Source: Geobacter metallireducens GS-15 (lineage in GTDB: Bacteria; Desulfobacterota; Desulfuromonadia; Geobacterales; Geobacteraceae). Taken from it: 32,000 nucleotides of DNA. The position numbers and the translations under genes are program-made. The notes below the pieces were generated by a model that was given only the letters and a program-made list of their open reading frames with translations, did not search any database and had not been told where the DNA came from. Location of the stretch: the NCBI RefSeq assembly GCF_000012925.1, contig NC_007517.1, positions 2,160,001-2,192,000 on the forward strand, read 5' to 3'. This document shows positions 9,731 to 18,871 of the stretch, piece by piece (positions within the stretch are counted from its first letter, which is position 1; each line of letters begins with the position of its first letter).

Positions 9731-11018
9731 CAAAGACCCTCGTGAAGATGGTGCCCACATGCTTCAGGTGATAGTTGAGGTCAAAGGCCTCGCGGATTTC
9801 CTCCTCGGGAAGAAAGCCACGCACGTCGGCATCGGCCAGAAGTTCTTCCTGGAAATCCTTCCCCTGCTCCCAGACCTTCATGGCGTTGCGCTGGACAAGC
9901 TCATAGGCCTTCTCGCGGGATGCGCCCGCATTGGCCAACTTCAGAAGCACCCGCTGGGAGAAGATGAGCCCCCGCATGAGGTTGAGGTTACGCATCATGT
10001 TCTCGGGGTAGACGACAAGGTTGTCGATGAGGCCGATGCAGCGGTTGAGCATGAAATCCATGACGATGGTGGCATCGGGACCGATGACCCGCTCCACCGA
10101 CGAGTGGGAGATGTCTCTCTCGTGCCAGAGCGGCACGTTCTCCATGGCCGAAACCGCGTAGCCCCGTATGAGGCGGGCCAGGCCGGTGAGGTTCTCGGAA
10201 AGGACGGGGTTGCGCTTGTGGGGCATTGCCGAGGAGCCTTTCTGCCCCTTGCTGAAGTATTCCTCCGCCTCCAGGACTTCGGTACGCTGGAGATGGCGGA
10301 TCTCAACAGCGAATTTTTCGATGGAGCTGGCAATGATGGCTAGGGCCGAGAAGAACTCGGCATGGCGGTCCCGCTGGATCACCTGGGTCGAGCAGGGAGC
10401 AGGCTTGAGGCCTCCCTTCTTGCAGACGTATTCCTCTACCCGCGGATCAATATTGGCAAAGGTACCGACCGCACCGGAAATCTTTCCGTAGGCGATGGTT
10501 TCGCGGGCAGACTCCATCCGGCGGAGGTTGCGCCGCATCTCGTCGTACCAGAGCGCCATCTTGATGCCGAAGGTAACCGGTTCGGCGTGGATGCCGTGGG
10601 AACGTCCCATCATGGGCGTATCCCTGTGCTCGAAGGCCCGGCGCTTGATCACCTCCATGAGGCGCTTGATGTCATCAATGATGAGGTCGGAAGCCTCGGC
10701 CAGGAGCATGGCAAAGGAGGTATCGAGAACGTCGGAGGAGGTAAGACCCAGGTGCACGAAGCGGGAATCGTCGCCGATGTAGTCGGCGACGGAGGTGAGG
10801 AAAGCAATGACGTCGTGCTTGACGGTTCGCTCGATCTCGTCGATCCGCTCAACGTCGAAGTCGGCCTTGGCCTTGATCCGCTCGACGGCCTCACGGGGGA
10901 TATTGCCCAGTTCGGCATGGGCCTCACAAGCGAAGATTTCTATGTCGAGCCATTTCTGATAACGGTTGCGCGCTTCCCAGATGCGGGTCATTTCAGGACG
11001 ACTGTAGCGTTCGATCAC
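9723..11018 (-). CDS. purB: adenylosuccinate lyase
   Basis: 431 aa with the fumarate-lyase superfamily signature GSSAMPHKRNP. The N-terminus MIERYSRPEM is typical of PurB. GTG start with GAAGGAGA 7 nt upstream. Confidence 0.92.
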   Translation of the reverse strand: MIERYSRPEMTRIWEARNRYQKWLDIEIFACEAHAELGNIPREAVERIKAKADFDVERIDEIERTVKHDVIAFLTSVADYIGDDSRFVHLGLTSSDVLDTSFAMLLAEASDLIIDDIKRLMEVIKRRAFEHRDTPMMGRSHGIHAEPVTFGIKMALWYDEMRRNLRRMESARETIAYGKISGAVGTFANIDPRVEEYVCKKGGLKPAPCSTQVIQRDRHAEFFSALAIIASSIEKFAVEIRHLQRTEVLEAEEYFSKGQKGSSAMPHKRNPVLSENLTGLARLIRGYAVSAMENVPLWHERDISHSSVERVIGPDATIVMDFMLNRCIGLIDNLVVYPENMMRNLNLMRGLIFSQRVLLKLANAGASREKAYELVQRNAMKVWEQGKDFQEELLADADVRGFLPEEEIREAFDLNYHLKHVGTIFTRVFGG

Positions 11019-11041
11019 GGTGCATTCTCCTTCGTCTTTGG

Positions 11042-11080
11042 CAAAATAACAGGGCCGGCGCTCGATAGAGTGCCAGCCCT
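11042..11080 (-). terminator. probable Rho-independent terminator after the MBL-fold gene
   Basis: Minus strand: AGGGCTGGCAC-loop-GCGCCGGCCCT hairpin (11051..11080, one mismatch and one GU pair), followed by GTTATTTTG. Confidence 0.55.
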
Positions 11081-11091
11081 CGACAGTGTTG

Positions 11092-11862
11092 TCAGAGGGT
11101 CAGCGTTTCACTGGGACGGTATTGGTCCCCGACGATGAGGCGGGGCGAGCAGGTGGTCTGAGCGACCAGAAGATTCTCCGCCACTTCCTTGGCCACGGCA
11201 GGGTCGTTGTTGACCTCGGAAAGGTGGGCGAGGAACAGACCTTCTAGACCGGGGTGAAGGACCTCGGCAAGAAGTGCCGCCGAATCGTTGTTGGACAGAT
11301 GACCATGACGGGACTTGATCCGCTGCTTGAGATGCCATGGATAGGGGCCGCCCATCAGCATCTCTTCATCGTGGTTCGACTCGAGAACGAGAACACGGCA
11401 TCTCTTGAGCTTATCCGCCACAAGCCGTGTCGCCGTGCCGAGGTCAGTGGCAATCCCCACCTTCCCTTCCTTGCTTTCGATGGTGAATCCCACCGGGTCA
11501 CAGGCATCGTGGGTGATGGGAAAAGGGTCGATGAGCAAATCCCTGAAGCCGAACGAATAGCCCGACTCGAATTCGACCACGGGGGCGTCACCGAATCCCT
11601 CCCGGACCTCGTGATGGGTCGGGTAACTGACATGGACTGGCAACCGGTATTTCCGGGCAAGCACTCCGACCCCTCTCACATGGTCCACGTGCTCATGGCT
11701 TATGAAAAGCCCGTCAAGGTCAGCAGGTTCAACTTCGATAACGGCTAGACGACGGACAATTTCCCTGGCTGAAAGGCCGGCATCGATGAGGACTCTGGTC
11801 CCGTCCGATTCGACAAACAAAGAATTTCCCTTGCTTCCGCTGGCAAGCAGACAGACCCTCAC
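11092..11862 (-). CDS. MBL-fold metallo-hydrolase
   Basis: It has the HxHxDH motif (ISHEHVDHVRG) and the N-terminal LLASGSKGNS motif of the YycJ/PhnP-like group. The start is uncertain. GTG 11862 (GGAGGG 3-4 nt upstream) gives MRVCLLASGSKGN. Upstream ATGs at 11877 and 11895 lack a well-spaced SD, and the track start at 11949 is a TTG. Confidence 0.7.
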   Translation of the reverse strand: MRVCLLASGSKGNSLFVESDGTRVLIDAGLSAREIVRRLAVIEVEPADLDGLFISHEHVDHVRGVGVLARKYRLPVHVSYPTHHEVREGFGDAPVVEFESGYSFGFRDLLIDPFPITHDACDPVGFTIESKEGKVGIATDLGTATRLVADKLKRCRVLVLESNHDEEMLMGGPYPWHLKQRIKSRHGHLSNNDSAALLAEVLHPGLEGLFLAHLSEVNNDPAVAKEVAENLLVAQTTCSPRLIVGDQYRPSETLTL

Positions 11863-11990
11863 AAACCCTCCGTCCATCGGTTGCAGGGACACCATCCCCC
11901 ATCGCTCAATAAACTCAAATTTTATACCGGAAAGGATGCGTATATTCAAGGCTAAACACGGAAGATTTTTCTAATGAGTCAACAAGGAAA

Positions 11991-14063
11991 CTACTTGAGA
12001 AGGTTGAGATAATCGATGGTCCCGTCACCGGTTATGGGGTTGAGGGGGAGTACGATGTGAAAGGTGGAGCCGGGAAATTGGTCGGGGTTGTAGCCGGGCG
12101 ATTCGACCCAGATTTCACCGCCATGCATTTCTACTATTCCCTTGGAGATCGAAAGACCGAGGCCGGCCCCACGCGACTTGAAGGCAACTTTTCCCGAGGA
12201 GTGTTCCTCGATATTTCCCGCTTCATAGAACTTGTCAAATATTCTGAGCTGGTCGTCGATGTCGATACCAATCCCCGTGTCGGCCACGGTTATCTCCACA
12301 TAGAGATGCTGGTCCTTGCCGATATTGACCAGCGACTGGACCGGATCCACCGTTGGAATCTGCTTGGAGCGCAAAATATACTTGGCTCGCGTGGAAACCA
12401 TAATCCGTCCTCCATCGGGAGTGAACTTGATGGCATTGCCGATCACATTCGAAAGGAGTTGCATGAGTCGAACCGTGTCCCCCTTGATGGCCGGAATAGC
12501 ATCATCAAGCTCAAAAACCAATTGTTGCTTGCGCATGGACACAAAAAAGCGGAGTTCATTCAGGGAATCCTCCACCAACCGGTTCACATCAACCTCGCTG
12601 AGTTTCAACTGCAACCGTTTCTCGTCGATCATCGAGACGTCGACCATGTCCTTGACGATGTTGTCGAGTCGGTTAGCGGCACCGGCAATGTTGTTCACCA
12701 TGTCGATGATATTGGGATCGACCTGGCAAGGCGGGTCCGTCAGGATAAGCTCCGCATACCCCATGATAACCGTGAGGGGAGTCTTGAGTTCGTGGGATGC
12801 TATGCCGAGGAACGAATCCTTCATCTTATTAAGGCGTGCCAAGTCGGCTGCACTCTTCTCAAGGTTCAGCAGAATTTCTCGCTCACGGGTGACGTCACGG
12901 ATGATGGCCTGAATCAGCCGTTCTGCACCAATGGTGACGATGTTGGCGTGAATGAGACCAACCACTAATTCTTTGTCCTTCCTGAGGAACTTAATTTCTT
13001 CCGCCACATGCTTACCAGTCCCCGCCACCTGAAAAAAATTGTAGACAATCGAGGAATTCTGGGTTCCCACCAGCGTGAGCATACGACTAAGGGATAATCC
13101 GACAAGTTCGGCCGCATCATGGCCAAAGAAGTCTTCAGCCATTTTGTTGACCATCTTGACCATGTCGTTTTCGTCAGTGACGACAATGGCATCACTTGCA
13201 TCTTCGAGAAGCGATTTGTAGAGTTCCTCCGATTTTTCCAGGTCGAGGCTCAGGCTCTCCAGCTTGAGATACGAGGAATGAAGGTCGTTGTGGATATTTT
13301 CCAGTTCCTGATAATTGCTCCGTATCTCCTCTTCGCGATTCTTGAGGGTATCAGACATGAGATTCACGCTGCTGGCCAATTCATTGAATTCATAAACAGG
13401 CAATTGATTAATCCGGTGATTGAACTCTCCTTCCGATACCTTCCTGACACCAGCCAGAAGAGCAGCAATGGGCTGGCCGATGTTTCGCTTGACAAAAATC
13501 ACCACCAACGAAAATGAGACCAGGAAGACAACCGCAAGAAGGAGTAGCGAACGAATGATTATCACCTGCACCTTCGCGGACACGACATGTACCGAAAAAC
13601 CAATGTGTATGAGGGCGACTTGCTTTCCGTCAGGGGAGCGAACCGGCGTAACGGTATCGTAGTAGGAACCGTCGTCACCGATGAGGTGGATGTTCTGATC
13701 GAGGCGGGTTGTAAATGCCCTTCGAATAATATCGAAACGGATGTTCCGGTAGACAGGATCGTTCAGGTGAAGGATATTCCCCTCACTGTCAGTAATAATA
13801 CAGTAGGCAACTTCAGGGCTCGATGCGACAACTTCGCGACATTTATCATTCAATCCCTCGATGTCTTTGACATCGATACCGAGCCCCACCACCTTTTCCA
13901 AATTCGCCCGCAGAGATGAACCGAGGCTTTGAGACCTCATGATAAGGGCCTGAATGTAGTCTCTTCTGAACCCCACGATATCCATACCTGAATTTGCGGC
14001 AATCGTGAGAAAAAGAATAATGAAGGCGAAGATGATTATTCTTTTTTCTAGAGTTTTTTTCAT
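11991..14063 (-). CDS. membrane sensor histidine kinase (TM - periplasmic sensor - TM - HAMP - coiled coil - PAS - HisKA - HATPase)
   Basis: 690 aa with two hydrophobic segments (IIIFAFIILFLTIAA and LLLLAVVFLVSFSLVVIF). The H-box is LGIASHELKTPLT and the ATPase boxes are NAIKFTP, DTGIGI and GAGLGLS. No response regulator gene is adjacent. Confidence 0.85.
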   Translation of the reverse strand: MKKTLEKRIIIFAFIILFLTIAANSGMDIVGFRRDYIQALIMRSQSLGSSLRANLEKVVGLGIDVKDIEGLNDKCREVVASSPEVAYCIITDSEGNILHLNDPVYRNIRFDIIRRAFTTRLDQNIHLIGDDGSYYDTVTPVRSPDGKQVALIHIGFSVHVVSAKVQVIIIRSLLLLAVVFLVSFSLVVIFVKRNIGQPIAALLAGVRKVSEGEFNHRINQLPVYEFNELASSVNLMSDTLKNREEEIRSNYQELENIHNDLHSSYLKLESLSLDLEKSEELYKSLLEDASDAIVVTDENDMVKMVNKMAEDFFGHDAAELVGLSLSRMLTLVGTQNSSIVYNFFQVAGTGKHVAEEIKFLRKDKELVVGLIHANIVTIGAERLIQAIIRDVTREREILLNLEKSAADLARLNKMKDSFLGIASHELKTPLTVIMGYAELILTDPPCQVDPNIIDMVNNIAGAANRLDNIVKDMVDVSMIDEKRLQLKLSEVDVNRLVEDSLNELRFFVSMRKQQLVFELDDAIPAIKGDTVRLMQLLSNVIGNAIKFTPDGGRIMVSTRAKYILRSKQIPTVDPVQSLVNIGKDQHLYVEITVADTGIGIDIDDQLRIFDKFYEAGNIEEHSSGKVAFKSRGAGLGLSISKGIVEMHGGEIWVESPGYNPDQFPGSTFHIVLPLNPITGDGTIDYLNLLK

Positions 14064-14199
14064 AAATTAATTTGATTATTCGGCTAGTTAGGCTTATCAA
14101 GCGAATTCATACTACCACATTTCCTCAAAGCAATAACCTTTAAAATTCAACCAATGCATCTCCCAAGAGCAGATGCCTTAGCAAGTAAGGACAAAAAGG

Positions 14200-15284
<1,085 letters not shown>

Positions 15285-15302
15285 CAATTACTCAAACCCA
15301 CA

Positions 15303-15327
15303 GGGGGGATTATTCCCCCCTTTTTTT
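15303..15327 (+). terminator. Rho-independent terminator after gap
   Basis: GGGGGGA-ttat-TCCCCCC followed by TTTTTTT, 19 nt after the gap stop. Confidence 0.8.
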
Positions 15328-15396
15328 GTCTTCAGCCCGGCATCCGTTGCCTCTGGCACATGGTTTTCATTATCACAACGGTTTCAGGAGGGTACC

Positions 15397-16593
15397 ATGG
15401 CAATCCGCTATATCGACGAAATCGAAAGTCTCAAGGGGAAAAAGGTATTTATCAGGGTCGACTTCAACGTTCCTCTGGATGAACATCAGAATATAACCGA
15501 AGACACCCGGATCCGGGCCGTCCTTCCCACTATCAACTTTGCCCTTGATGCGGGCGCCAAGGTAATTCTTGCATCCCACTTGGGTCGCCCAAAGGGTGAG
15601 CGAAAACCGAAGTATTCCATGGCTCCGGCGGCCAAGCGCCTCTCGCGCCTGCTCAACAAGGAAGTGCAACTGGCTCCCGACTGCATCGGCGATGAAGTCA
15701 AGAAGATGATCGACGCCATGAAACCGGGCGAAGTCCTTCTACTCGAAAACGTCCGTTTCTACGAGGGCGAAGAGAAAAATGACGCCGATTTCGCCAAGGC
15801 CCTGGCCAACGACTGTGAAATATACATCAACGACGCCTTTGCCGTCTCCCACAGGGCCCACGCATCCGTCGAAGCCATCACGAAGTTTTTCCCGGTCGTC
15901 GCTGCCGGTTTCCTCATGAACAATGAGATTAATTATTTCGAGAAGGCGATGCAAAAGCCCATCAGGCCCTTGGTCGCCATTCTCGGCGGGGCCAAGGTTT
16001 CCGGAAAACTTGAGGTATTGGAAAGCCTGGTCAACAAGGTAGACAAGATTATCATTGGCGGCGGCATGGCCTTCACGTTCCTCAAAGCCCTCGGCTATAA
16101 CGTCGGCAAATCGCTGGTGGAGGAAGAACTGCTGGAAATCGCCCTCACTACCTACACCAAGGCCCGTGAAAAAGGCGTGAAATTCTATCTACCGGTCGAC
16201 TGCGTTGCGGCCGACCGCTTCAACCCCGAGGCTGAAACCAAAGTGACGACCATTCAGGAAATCCCCGAGGAGTGGATGGCACTCGACATCGGACCGGCAA
16301 CCGTGACCCTCTTCACGGAAGCGCTCCAGAACGCCAAAACCATTATCTGGAATGGTCCCATGGGCGTATTCGAGATGGATGCCTTCTCCCGCGGAACCTT
16401 TGCCATGGTTTCGGCCGTGGCCAACTCCTATGCTCTCACCATCGTCGGAGGAGGAGACACCGATTCAGCCGTCCATCGCGCGGGGGAATACGCGAAGATC
16501 AGCTACATTTCCACAGGCGGCGGCGCGTTCCTGGAACTCCTCGAAGGGAAGCATCTTCCCGGCATCAAAGTGCTGGAAGAAAACGGCAAGTAG
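15397..16593 (+). CDS. pgk: phosphoglycerate kinase
   Basis: 398 aa with [17 protein letters not shown] and the C-terminal STGGGAFLE motif. SD CAGGAGGG upstream. Confidence 0.95.
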   Translation: MAIRYIDEIESLKGKKVFIRVDFNVPLDEHQNITEDTRIRAVLPTINFALDAGAKVILASHLGRPKGERKPKYSMAPAAKRLSRLLNKEVQLAPDCIGDEVKKMIDAMKPGEVLLLENVRFYEGEEKNDADFAKALANDCEIYINDAFAVSHRAHASVEAITKFFPVVAAGFLMNNEINYFEKAMQKPIRPLVAILGGAKVSGKLEVLESLVNKVDKIIIGGGMAFTFLKALGYNVGKSLVEEELLEIALTTYTKAREKGVKFYLPVDCVAADRFNPEAETKVTTIQEIPEEWMALDIGPATVTLFTEALQNAKTIIWNGPMGVFEMDAFSRGTFAMVSAVANSYALTIVGGGDTDSAVHRAGEYAKISYISTGGGAFLELLEGKHLPGIKVLEENGK

Positions 16594-16613
16594 ATAACAA
16601 ACGGGGTGACGAC

Positions 16614-17369
16614 ATGAGAACACCGATTATTGCTGGCAATTGGAAACTCTTCAAAAAGAGCAGCGAAGCACAAGACTTCGTTGCCGAACTGATCCCTCTC
16701 GTCCAGAAAACCACTGACGTGGAAATCGTTATTGCGCCTGTATTTACCGTTCTTTCTGCCGTTAAACGAGCCATTGCCGATTGCAACATAATGCTTTCTG
16801 CTCAAGATTGCTTCTGGGAAGAGGAAGGGGCCTTCACCGGCGAAATTTCTCCCGGCATGCTTGTGGACGCCGGATGCAGCCATGTTATAATTGGCCATTC
16901 CGAGCGGAGGCAGTATTTTGGTGAAACCGACGAAACCGTCAACCGGAAGATCAAGGCGGCTATTACAGCAGGTCTTACAGTCCTTTTCTGCATCGGTGAA
17001 ACACTTGCCGAACGTGAAGCAGACAAAACCTTTGAGGTGCTCAGGACCCAGATCGAGAATGGTTTGGCCGGACTCGCAAGGGGCGATCTTGCCAAAATCG
17101 TAATTGCGTACGAACCGGTCTGGGCCATAGGTACCGGTAAAACCGCCACTGATGAGCAGGCACAGATAGCGCATGCATTCATCCGCAAGGTCGTGGGCGA
17201 GCTGTTTACCGTCCAGATAGCCGAAACTATTCGTATACTCTATGGCGGAAGCGTAAAACCGGAAAATGTCAGAGGGCTCATGAATCAACCTGACATCGAC
17301 GGCGCTTTGGTGGGTGGAGCGAGCCTCAAGGCAGACTCATTTGGAGCAATCGTCAACTATAAAGCGTAA
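16614..17369 (+). CDS. tpiA: triose-phosphate isomerase
   Basis: ATG 16614 gives MRTPIIAGNWKLFK. It also carries IGHSERR and the active-site loop AYEPVWAIGTG. The track ORF (from 16272) is only an open upstream extension that overlaps pgk. Confidence 0.95.
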   Translation: MRTPIIAGNWKLFKKSSEAQDFVAELIPLVQKTTDVEIVIAPVFTVLSAVKRAIADCNIMLSAQDCFWEEEGAFTGEISPGMLVDAGCSHVIIGHSERRQYFGETDETVNRKIKAAITAGLTVLFCIGETLAEREADKTFEVLRTQIENGLAGLARGDLAKIVIAYEPVWAIGTGKTATDEQAQIAHAFIRKVVGELFTVQIAETIRILYGGSVKPENVRGLMNQPDIDGALVGGASLKADSFGAIVNYKA

Positions 17370-17453
17370 AACGCCACGGTTGATTCTCTATTGGCATTTC
17401 CTGAATGATGTGCTATTAGTTTTAAGTTGCTACATTCATTGGAGTTACGTCTT

Positions 17454-17849
17454 ATGACTATTCTACTCACGATTCTTCACATTCTGGTATGCATCGCACT
17501 TATCGCAATCGTCCTGCTGCAATCGGGCAAAGGCGCAGAGATGGGGGCATCTTTTGGTGCAGGGGGAAGCCAATCTGTATTCGGCGCGGGTGGAGGCACC
17601 ACGTTTCTGAGCAAGCTTACGACCGGTGCAGCCATCATCTTCATGCTCACTTCTCTTACACTTGCCTACCTGTCTGGACAGTCAGAAACCTCTTCAATTA
17701 TGCCAAAAGGAACGGTTGCCCCCTCACCCCGGAAGACAGCAGCACCGCCTACCACGCAACCGACTGGCACCCCGCAGGCGCCAGTCCAATCGACACCGAC
17801 ACCGCAACCATCTCAGCGTTCCTCTGAGTCGGCCCCTCAGACAAAATAG
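17454..17849 (+). CDS. secG: preprotein translocase subunit SecG with a Pro/Thr/Gln-rich C-terminal tail
   Basis: ATG 17454 (GGAG 9 nt upstream) gives MTILLTILHILVCIALIAIVLLQSGKGAEMGASFG, followed by a second TM helix, the classic SecG layout. About 50 low-complexity residues follow. Confidence 0.8.
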   Translation: MTILLTILHILVCIALIAIVLLQSGKGAEMGASFGAGGSQSVFGAGGGTTFLSKLTTGAAIIFMLTSLTLAYLSGQSETSSIMPKGTVAPSPRKTAAPPTTQPTGTPQAPVQSTPTPQPSQRSSESAPQTK

Positions 17850-17870
17850 ATAAAAGGCCGCAAAAAAGTA

Positions 17871-17900
17871 TTGACCTTTAAGAGCAGACAATGATATAAA
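17871..17900 (+). promoter_or_regulatory. candidate sigma70 promoter for tRNA-Leu
   Basis: TTGACC (17871..17876), an 18-nt spacer, then TATAAA (17895..17900). The tRNA 5' end is 11 nt downstream. Confidence 0.45.
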
Positions 17901-17910
17901 GTTTTTCCTT

Positions 17911-17997
17911 GCCGAAGTGGTGGAATTGGTAGACACACCATCTTGAGGGGGTGGCGGGCAATAGCTCGTGCGAGTTCGAGTCTCGCCTTCGGCACCA
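17911..17997 (+). tRNA. tRNA-Leu (anticodon GAG), class II with long variable arm, CCA encoded
   Basis: Hand-folded cloverleaf: acceptor GCCGAAG/CTTCGGC. Anticodon stem CCATC/GGTGG with loop TTGAGGG. Variable arm CGGGC-aata-GCTCG. T arm GCGAG-TTCGAGT-CTCGC. Discriminator A plus CCA. Confidence 0.9.
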
Positions 17998-18040
17998 ATT
18001 AAATGATATCAAGCCCTTGGCTTGAATAAACCAGAGAGAA

Positions 18041-18086
18041 CCTGTCTCTCCTACAGTTTTAGAACTGTAGGAGAGACAGGTTTTTT
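18041..18086 (+). terminator. Rho-independent terminator after tRNA-Leu
   Basis: A perfect 18-bp stem CCTGTCTCTCCTACAGTT / AACTGTAGGAGAGACAGG with a 4-nt loop, followed by TTTTTT (18081..18086). Confidence 0.85.
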
Positions 18087-18087
18087 C

Positions 18088-18619
18088 ATGTCCAGCATAC
18101 AACTCTTCACACGAAACAGTAGGTATTACCACCTGCAATGGATCCCCCCAGACCTCCGCTCCCTGCATGGTGAGAGGGTCGAGCCAGTAAAGCCCCCCCC
18201 TGAAGACCGCTGACAGGAAGCAAGCCCAAGGGTTAGCCTCAGGTCGGTACCAAAAGTATACTGTCACCTCCTCCCTTCTCCGGTCTGGCCTCCTTGCTCC
18301 TGACCAAACCCCAGACCCCCTCGCAGAGGACTCACCCAAGAAACGGAAGGATCAAGCTGAAGCAGTGAATCACGACGTCAGCCCTCCCCGCCCTCATCCT
18401 AAGCCCCTTGCTCAACTCTTCATTGAGGAACACTCCCCAAGTGTTCCCCCAGGACTCAACAGGAATATACTGCTGCCGGTCAAGGAAAAGAGTCGGAGAT
18501 ACAAACTGAAATTTAATGATAATTGTTGTGCAACGAGACAGAAAGTGCAGAACGCTCTTCAAAAGGTTCCGCAAAAAGAGGTTGATGACAAAGAAAAAGG
18601 GGTTAACCATATTGGCTAA
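18088..18619 (+). pseudogene. tyrosine-recombinase (phage/ICE integrase) 5' remnant, frameshifted and truncated
   Basis: ATG 18088 gives MSSIQLFTRNSRYYHLQWIPPDLRSLHGERVEPVKPP, then stops at 18211. The next frame is open from just upstream of a C8 run (18193..18200) to 18619. Removing one C restores ...VKPPLKTADRKQAQGLASGRYQ..., the Arm-domain pattern RNxxYYxxxxxPxDLRxxxG...LKTxDxxxA seen in many integrases. There is no catalytic domain (no R..HxxR..Y region), and the distal part overlaps the tRNA-Cys terminator. Confidence 0.55.
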
Positions 18620-18623
18620 CCCC
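18591..18623 (-). terminator. Rho-independent terminator after tRNA-Cys
   Basis: Minus strand: GGGGTTAGCC-aatat-GGTTAACCCC followed by TTTTTCTTTG. It begins 10 nt after the tRNA 3' end. Confidence 0.7.
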
Positions 18624-18633
18624 TTGATTTCCA

Positions 18634-18708
18634 TGGAGGCGGCGACCGGATTTGAACCGGTGAATAAAGGTTTTGCAGACCTTTGCCTTACCACTTGGCG
18701 ACGCCGCC
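18634..18708 (-). tRNA. tRNA-Cys (anticodon GCA), CCA encoded
   Basis: The reverse complement is GGCGGCGTCGCCAAGTGGTAAGGCAAAGGTCTGCAAAACCTTTATTCACCGGTTCAAATCCGGTCGCCGCCTCCA. It folds with acceptor GGCGGCG/CGCCGCC, anticodon loop CTGCAAA, T arm ACCGG-TTCAAAT-CCGGT and discriminator U73. The 13:22 A-A mismatch is typical of tRNA-Cys. Confidence 0.9.
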
Positions 18709-18729
18709 CTGTTGTGAAAGAGAATTTGC

Positions 18730-18758
18730 TTTATACCTTCTTTCACTATCGGTGTCAA
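18730..18758 (-). promoter_or_regulatory. candidate sigma70 promoter for tRNA-Cys
   Basis: Minus strand: TTGACA (18758..18753), a 17-nt spacer, then TATAAA (18735..18730). The tRNA 5' end is 21 nt downstream. Confidence 0.5.
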
Positions 18759-18871
18759 CGTTAAATTGATATCGGAGGTGACCGCCGACAGCTTGACATA
18801 CTGTATATTTTACGGCGACAATAGCCTCAGAATTTATCCGTACCAAATCCATCGTTACCGGGAGGCGATCC

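Noticed and set aside
12057-12968. A 303-aa ORF (and a 198-aa ORF at 12316..12912) antisense to the histidine kinase. This is notable because the region is not GC-rich.
   Set aside because: It has no SD and no motifs. Its composition is typical of the complement of a coding frame. The sense-strand kinase has unambiguous H, N and G boxes across the same interval.
15354-15369. A sigma54-like element TGGCAC-N5-TTTCA lies 28 nt upstream of pgk. A weaker one, GGCAG-N5-CAGC, is at 26761..26776 upstream of the Pel-like gene.
   Set aside because: The pgk site lacks the near-invariant GC of the -12 element (it has TC instead). The second site has a poor -24/-12 context and sits about 140 nt from the start codon. 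Sigma70-type hexamers explain both regions adequately, and no enhancer-binding protein gene is nearby.
16272-16613. The tpiA reading frame stays open for 114 codons upstream of its ATG and overlaps the pgk 3' end. This raised the idea of a PGK-TIM fusion made by a -1 frameshift, as reported for Thermotoga.
   Set aside because: I read the pgk zero frame from 16261 to the stop and found no X XXY YYZ slippery heptamer. tpiA has its own ATG with an SD-like GGGGTG upstream. The overlap peptide is Arg/His-rich nonsense.
18200-18260. The string GACAGGAAGCAAGCCCAAGG vaguely resembles the conserved SRP (4.5S) RNA domain IV sequence GGAAGGAAGCAGCCAAGG.
   Set aside because: I could not draw the flanking complementary helix or the GNRA-capped hairpin required for SRP RNA. 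The integrase-remnant reading explains the region better.
17878-18694. Minus-strand ORFs 17878..18339 (153 aa) and 18332..18694 (120 aa).
   Set aside because: They run through tRNA-Leu, its terminator and tRNA-Cys, so they are artefacts of open frames across RNA genes.
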